In this document: positions 59,224-64,000 of the stretch, piece after piece
How positions within the stretch are numbered: position 1 is the stretch's first letter
How the letters are laid out: each line of letters opens with the position of its first letter
Assembly (NCBI GenBank): GCA_000436915.1
Contig: HF994128.1
Location: 60,311 to 124,310, forward strand
Length of the DNA: 64,000 nt
Reading direction: 5' to 3'
From: Prevotella sp. CAG:1092
GTDB taxonomy: Bacteria > Bacteroidota > Bacteroidia > Bacteroidales > Bacteroidaceae
The notes under the pieces: model-generated
Seen by the model: the letters and a program-made list of their open reading frames with translations, nothing else
What the model was told of the DNA's origin: nothing
The model's database searches: none
Position numbers and translations under genes: made by a program

Positions 59224-61209
59224 TTATAACTTCTCTAATTTGAATCTAATGCCTACGTAAGTCATTGCTCCAGTGATAGGTCCCCACACCTGAGTAGCAT
59301 CGAAGGCGGCACTCCATGGATGATGAGAATGGAGCACGGGATTGTCTATCTTATAGTTGGTGAGATTCTCGCCACCTAAGTAAAGACTGAAGTTGTGGAA
59401 CTCTCGTGTAACTTGCGCCTGCAGCTGGAAATAGGCAGGATAGCGGCTTTGGTCATAAAGCTCGCCACCACCATTTAGCAGACCAGTCACGTCGAACTGC
59501 CAAAGTTCGAGCGGCGTCTTATACGAGAGAGTGAGCAAACCTTTGTAGCGGGATGTGAGAGGCTTCTGGCGCAGCACACCATCATAAGTACACTTAACAT
59601 CGTTCAGACGGAAGGCTGCTGTGGCAGACATACCACTAAACAAAGCGTATGTGGCATCCACTTGGAAAGTGTGGCTATAGCTCTTGCCATTTAGATTCTC
59701 AAACGAGAGTGTGTGAGCGCCTTTGGCTCCGTCGAAGTTCATTACCATCTGATGCTTGAAGTCGGTATAGTAATACTCCGCATTCAGCTCAAGATTCTTG
59801 CCAAATAGAGGAATATTGAAGGCTAAAGAAGCTCCCATATTCCAAGCTTCCTCCTGCTTAAGGTCAGAATCAATGATAATCTGTCTGCCGCTTGCCAACA
59901 GCGTGACATTCTCTGCCAAGGCATGTGGCGAACGGTAGCCCTTGCCTATCGAAGTGCGTAGCGTGACAATATTGGATGGAGAATACTTGATGTGCAGACG
60001 TGGCGTGAAGAAACTGCCGTAAAGATTGGAATGATCCCAACGCACACCAGGCATTACAGTAAGTTTCTCGCCCAACTTGTATGTATACTGAGCGTAGAGA
60101 CCTGGAGTGGTTTCCTTTGTCACCTTGCTTTCTGCTGTAGGCAATGCTCCCAATGGATTGAAGCATTCGTCATAATAGTCGTGGTTGAACGACGCACCCA
60201 CACTAACATTATGATTCTCCGTAATATCAGTTTCAAACATCAGTTGGGCATAACCATTCTTCTGAGTGACATCATATTGGGTAGTTCCAAACATGTTGTC
60301 TGTATCATGCCATGAGCCATGCAGCATCAAGGCTATTGACGTGTTATGGTCGGCATTCAGCGTAAAACCGTTTTTCCATTGCATCTCATAGCGGTTGGTC
60401 TTTACCGAGGTTGAGTAGAGAGGTTCCGACGAAGAGGCTGCCAGGTGCTTACGGCTTTGTCCGCCTTCGCGCTCATCATGCAAGCCACGCAACATCAACT
60501 GACTAATCCATCGTGGCGACACATATGCCCAACGATGCATCAAGTTATACTGTCGCAATTTGGGCATATCCATGAATCCGTCGCCATTGCCATCATGATC
60601 CATCTGTCGGTTCTCGAAGTGAAGAAGGGTTGCTGTAGAAAGACGGTCATTGAGATGTATGCTTCCGTCAAGGTTTACCTCCGTCTTCAACTCGCTATCC
60701 TGATATACATTAGCACGCACACCATCTGTGCCTTGTGGCTTAAGAAACTCTATGTTTATCTGACCCGTAGTGCTCTCATATCCGTTCTTGACGCTCGACG
60801 CACCTTTGCTCACCTGTATCGACTGCATCCAAGGTCCAGGCACATAGCCCAAGCTATATGGCAAGGATGCACCACGCAGATTTGGGATATTCTCTGTGAG
60901 CATCTGCACATAAGTGCCACTAAGTCCAAGCAGCTTTATCTGCTTAGCTCCAGTGGCAGCGTCGCTGTAGCTCACGTCGACCGAAGGATTGGCAGTAAAC
61001 GACTCGCCAAGGTTACAACAAGCAGCACGTATCAGTTGTCCTTGCCCTATTATGTCGGCATTATCAACACGGTATTTCAACTTAATGCCATTAGTGGCTC
61101 TCACAACCACATTCTTCAATTCGTGTGTACTGGCTATGCTATCTGTCTGCGCAACCATCTGCTGTGACACAAACGTATATCCCAATAAACCAATCAATAA
61201 TTTTCTCAT
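59224..61209 (-). CDS. TonB-dependent outer-membrane receptor (plug + 22-strand barrel), no SusC-type N-terminal extension
   Basis: 661-aa ORF with signal peptide, TonB-box-like VVVRAT, plug domain and barrel. Co-transcribed upstream of the HMA gene. Confidence 0.8.
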   Translation of the reverse strand: MRKLLIGLLGYTFVSQQMVAQTDSIASTHELKNVVVRATNGIKLKYRVDNADIIGQGQLIRAACCNLGESFTANPSVDVSYSDAATGAKQIKLLGLSGTYVQMLTENIPNLRGASLPYSLGYVPGPWMQSIQVSKGASSVKNGYESTTGQINIEFLKPQGTDGVRANVYQDSELKTEVNLDGSIHLNDRLSTATLLHFENRQMDHDGNGDGFMDMPKLRQYNLMHRWAYVSPRWISQLMLRGLHDEREGGQSRKHLAASSSEPLYSTSVKTNRYEMQWKNGFTLNADHNTSIALMLHGSWHDTDNMFGTTQYDVTQKNGYAQLMFETDITENHNVSVGASFNHDYYDECFNPLGALPTAESKVTKETTPGLYAQYTYKLGEKLTVMPGVRWDHSNLYGSFFTPRLHIKYSPSNIVTLRTSIGKGYRSPHALAENVTLLASGRQIIIDSDLKQEEAWNMGASLAFNIPLFGKNLELNAEYYYTDFKHQMVMNFDGAKGAHTLSFENLNGKSYSHTFQVDATYALFSGMSATAAFRLNDVKCTYDGVLRQKPLTSRYKGLLTLSYKTPLELWQFDVTGLLNGGGELYDQSRYPAYFQLQAQVTREFHNFSLYLGGENLTNYKIDNPVLHSHHPWSAAFDATQVWGPITGAMTYVGIRFKLEKL

Positions 61210-61242
61210 GTACTTAACCTTTATAACAATCTTTTAACCTTA

Positions 61243-61803
61243 TCACAATGCATCCAGTGGTGTTCTGCCAGGTTTCTCAAGTTCACGAAATTCCTTTGGA
61301 GTCATACCCGTGACTTGCTTGAACTGCGATGAGAGATGTGCCGGCGAGCTATAACCAAGTCTATATGCAATCTCGCTTGTGGAAAGCTGACTATAGCATA
61401 GTAGTTCCTTGACATATTCTATGCGATGCAGAATTGAGAACCGCTCAATGGTAATGCCTCGCACTTCAGAGAAGAGCTTACTCATGGTGCTATAGTCCTT
61501 GTTGAGATGGCGCGACAGATAATCGGACAATTTAGGACGCTCCACAGGCATTCTTACCCATTGCTGCACGGCAATGCGTATCTGTTCCACCAACAGCGAG
61601 CGTGGGTCGTCAAGCAACTCAAAGCCTATGTCGTGCAACTTCCTTGCAAGAGAAAGACGTTGTTCGTCTGTAAGTTCTTCCTCTATCTCAGCATCGCCCA
61701 ACCTTATTGATTTCACCGTCAGACCTTCCGACTCAAGGATATCCTTCACCGCAGAGATGCAGCGCGGACAAACCATGTTCTTTATCAATAGCTTCATCGG
61801 CAT
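61243..61803 (-). CDS. Fusion regulator: N-terminal HMA metal-binding domain (MVCPRC) plus C-terminal AraC-type HTH
   Basis: 186-aa ORF. MxCxxC motif at residues 10-15. C-terminal AraC signature (…EIAYRLGYSSPAHLSSQFKQVTGMTPKEFR). Confidence 0.75.
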   Translation of the reverse strand: MPMKLLIKNMVCPRCISAVKDILESEGLTVKSIRLGDAEIEEELTDEQRLSLARKLHDIGFELLDDPRSLLVEQIRIAVQQWVRMPVERPKLSDYLSRHLNKDYSTMSKLFSEVRGITIERFSILHRIEYVKELLCYSQLSTSEIAYRLGYSSPAHLSSQFKQVTGMTPKEFRELEKPGRTPLDAL

Positions 61804-61974
61804 ATCTTTTTTTATTACGGTGCAAAGTTATAGATTTTCAATAAATTATTTATATAAAATTAGGGAGAATGCTTACATTTTTATGGTATCAGAAAAAATG
61901 TTGATAACATTCGACAGCAAGCAATATATAAAGATTCTGTGCGTTTATAATATGACAAACATAAAAAACGTATT

Positions 61975-62601
61975 ATGAAACAGCTTTTATTTCTTTTAAT
62001 AATGATTACTGGCGCTTGTACATTTACAAGTTGCGACAAGTCGGATGACACTGTAGACCCTATAAAGGAAAATCTATTTAATAGCAAATATATAGTCAAC
62101 GATGCCGGATGCTGCGTGCTTGATGGTTTGCAGCCAATAAGAGCTGAAATTATCAATGATGAAGTGAAGGGCTATGGCTGGAAGGTTATTGGCATATATA
62201 AAATAATGGATAATGGTAAGCTATCACAAAAAGACTATCGCGATATGGTGTATGGTAGCGGATATACAGACTATTGGTTTAAGGCAGACAATAACTTGAT
62301 AGGCTTCCTTCATGGTGATGTGTCTGGTAAAAACTACATAAATACAGAATGGAGCTATGACGATAGTAAGGGATATATCATGCGCTATTCTGCCGATTTA
62401 AGCATATCAGAACGCTACATGCAAGTGCTGTATGTCGCCACACTTCAAGGAAAAGAATTCTATCTTTATACCATTCAGAAGCTTGGCTACACAACCATTA
62501 AGAACGATACCACTAAGCCTTTCTATGGCTTGGTGATATATCAGCGCATGACAGACAAAGAACTTGCAGAAATAAAGAAGGAATATAAATTACAACTTTA
62601 A
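61975..62601 (+). CDS. Hypothetical lipoprotein
   Basis: 208-aa ORF with lipobox (ITGACTFTSCD). No recognisable domain. Confidence 0.5.
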   Translation: MKQLLFLLIMITGACTFTSCDKSDDTVDPIKENLFNSKYIVNDAGCCVLDGLQPIRAEIINDEVKGYGWKVIGIYKIMDNGKLSQKDYRDMVYGSGYTDYWFKADNNLIGFLHGDVSGKNYINTEWSYDDSKGYIMRYSADLSISERYMQVLYVATLQGKEFYLYTIQKLGYTTIKNDTTKPFYGLVIYQRMTDKELAEIKKEYKLQL

Positions 62602-63767
62602 CCTTCTTGCTCTCTCAATTGCTTTAAAAGGAAATCCTCTAACGTCTTCTTATCTGGCAACTGGAGCATATAGGTAGAAACAAAGAGTTGGTTGTCCATA
62701 CCTGCAAGAGCATACTCCACCATTTTCTTTCCCTTACGAGTGCAAAGAAGAATGCCGATAGGAGGATTGTCTCCTGGGTGCATCTCGTTCTCGCGGTAAT
62801 GCGATACGTATGCATTTAGCTGTCCGAAGTTCTCATAAGAGAATTCCTCGTTCTTTAATTCGATGATAACTCCGCAATGCAGAATGCGGTTGTAGAACAC
62901 AAGGTCGGGATAATAATATTCATCATCAATGATAATGCGCTTTTGTCTTGACTCAAAGCAGAACCCTTTGCCAAGTTCAAGAATAAACTCTTGCAAATGA
63001 CTGATGAGTGCATCCTCTAAATCATGCTCGTCGACTACATCCTGCGCCTTAAGTCCAAGAAACTCGAAGGTAAAAGGCTGTCGTATCTGCAAGTCAACCG
63101 AGTCATGACCTTGAATTGATGGCAAAGAGAGCATTTTCTCAGGATTAGAGCTTATGCCTGCCCTAACATATAGGTTTGTGCTTATCTGACGACGAAGCTC
63201 ACGAACCGACCAAGTACACTTGATACACTCTTGCTCATAGAAGTAGCGAGCGAGAGGGTCGTCAATGGTCATTATCTCACGTAAATGAGTAAATGACAAA
63301 TGTGAGATAATTGTTTTGCCGGGTGTCATAAATTGGTGCATCATTGATGCACCAATTGCATCTTCCTTATTTTCAATGGATTGTAATTGGTGCATCATTG
63401 TCGCACAAATTCGAACTGGTAGATTATCCGTCATTTGAGGGTATAATCTATAGAACTTTCTTGCCCACTTAAACAATGTCGTTGTCATACCCTTCCTATT
63501 CACTCTCTCCTCCAGTTTCTTCAGCAGTTGTGTTCCATACTCCGCCCTATCCTTGCCATGCTGCTCATATTCTACGATATAATATCCAATGAGCCAATTG
63601 CGCATAGTCTGCATACGGTTTATAGCCTTTACTGCAGATGATTGTGCAGCATCATGAGTGGTCTGAATAATAGAAGTCAAGTCGTTAAAAGAGTGAAGCT
63701 TTTTGCTCCAATCCTCAAAAGGAATTTCCATTCCGTCATGGAAATATGTTGAGATTTCGTTTGTCAT
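62598..63767 (-). CDS. DUF1016/YhcG-family PD-(D/E)xK nuclease-fold protein
   Basis: 389-aa ORF. C-terminal …YPDLVFYNRILHCGVIIELKNEEF… (D…ELK core of the PD-(D/E)xK fold). Typical family size. Confidence 0.6.
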   Translation of the reverse strand: MTNEISTYFHDGMEIPFEDWSKKLHSFNDLTSIIQTTHDAAQSSAVKAINRMQTMRNWLIGYYIVEYEQHGKDRAEYGTQLLKKLEERVNRKGMTTTLFKWARKFYRLYPQMTDNLPVRICATMMHQLQSIENKEDAIGASMMHQFMTPGKTIISHLSFTHLREIMTIDDPLARYFYEQECIKCTWSVRELRRQISTNLYVRAGISSNPEKMLSLPSIQGHDSVDLQIRQPFTFEFLGLKAQDVVDEHDLEDALISHLQEFILELGKGFCFESRQKRIIIDDEYYYPDLVFYNRILHCGVIIELKNEEFSYENFGQLNAYVSHYRENEMHPGDNPPIGILLCTRKGKKMVEYALAGMDNQLFVSTYMLQLPDKKTLEDFLLKQLREQEG

Positions 63768-64000
63768 ATTGTAGTTTGATTATGTCGGTTACAAAGTTAT
63801 ACATATCATTTTAAATCACCAACAATTTATTATAAAAGTTGAATAGAGAAAGCCTTCAAGTATTATCGCTCTTCAAAACAAAAGGCAACTATAACATAAG
63901 AACTTTCCCGCATCCACAAAGCGAAGGCTACAGAAAATAATAGAGACGTAGAATTTAATGTATAAAAGTTGGTGGTGGTTCCAGCTTTTTTATATAATTT

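Overview
This window reads as a Bacteroidota chromosome segment, probably Prevotella-like. The evidence is T9SS-type C-terminal sorting domains, Bacteroidetes TTTG/TAnnTTTG promoters in front of both tRNAs, Bacteroidetes dcw gene order, and GH95/S46/M6 enzymes.

Gene content:
- The core is a complete division and cell-wall (dcw) cluster, mraZ-rsmH-ftsL-ftsI-murE-mraY-murD-ftsW-murG-murC-ftsQ-ftsA-ftsZ, at 7.4-23.3 kb on the + strand. Upstream of it lie dut, a TPR/DUF4292/EnvC-like degenerate-M23 trio, and a divergently transcribed pair of amino-acid-lipid acyltransferases (GlsB/GlsA-like).
- Downstream of the dcw cluster: recO, tRNA-Glu(UUC), rpsT, gyrB, a GH95 fucosidase, a truncated GH78 N-terminal remnant, an AraC regulator, DUF3109, ung and gpmI.
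- A minus-strand secreted protease/adhesin locus follows (34.4-47.1 kb): an M6 metalloprotease with a T9SS C-terminal domain, a 966-aa T9SS cargo protein, an S46 DPP7-like peptidase, and a 1412-aa paralogous surface protein whose T9SS C-terminal domain is replaced by a foreign gene remnant.
- Then topA, aroK, speA, argB, an ECF sigma/anti-sigma pair, a CPBP protease, ribF and tRNA-Met(CAU).
- tRNA-Met is followed by an AT-rich accessory islet: an IS4-like transposase fragment, two unknown small genes, a frameshifted regulator remnant and TTCCGTGAGGT repeats.
- The window ends with a putative metal module (secreted HMA protein, TonB-dependent receptor, HMA-AraC fusion regulator), a lipoprotein and a DUF1016/YhcG-type nuclease.

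The most unusual non-coding signal is four 18-bp palindromes phased at exactly 22 bp between rpsT and gyrB. A canonical MraZ-box array sits at the dcw promoter, and a 9-bp tandem array with inverted copies lies in the dut leader. No CRISPR array, rRNA or intact prophage/ICE is visible.
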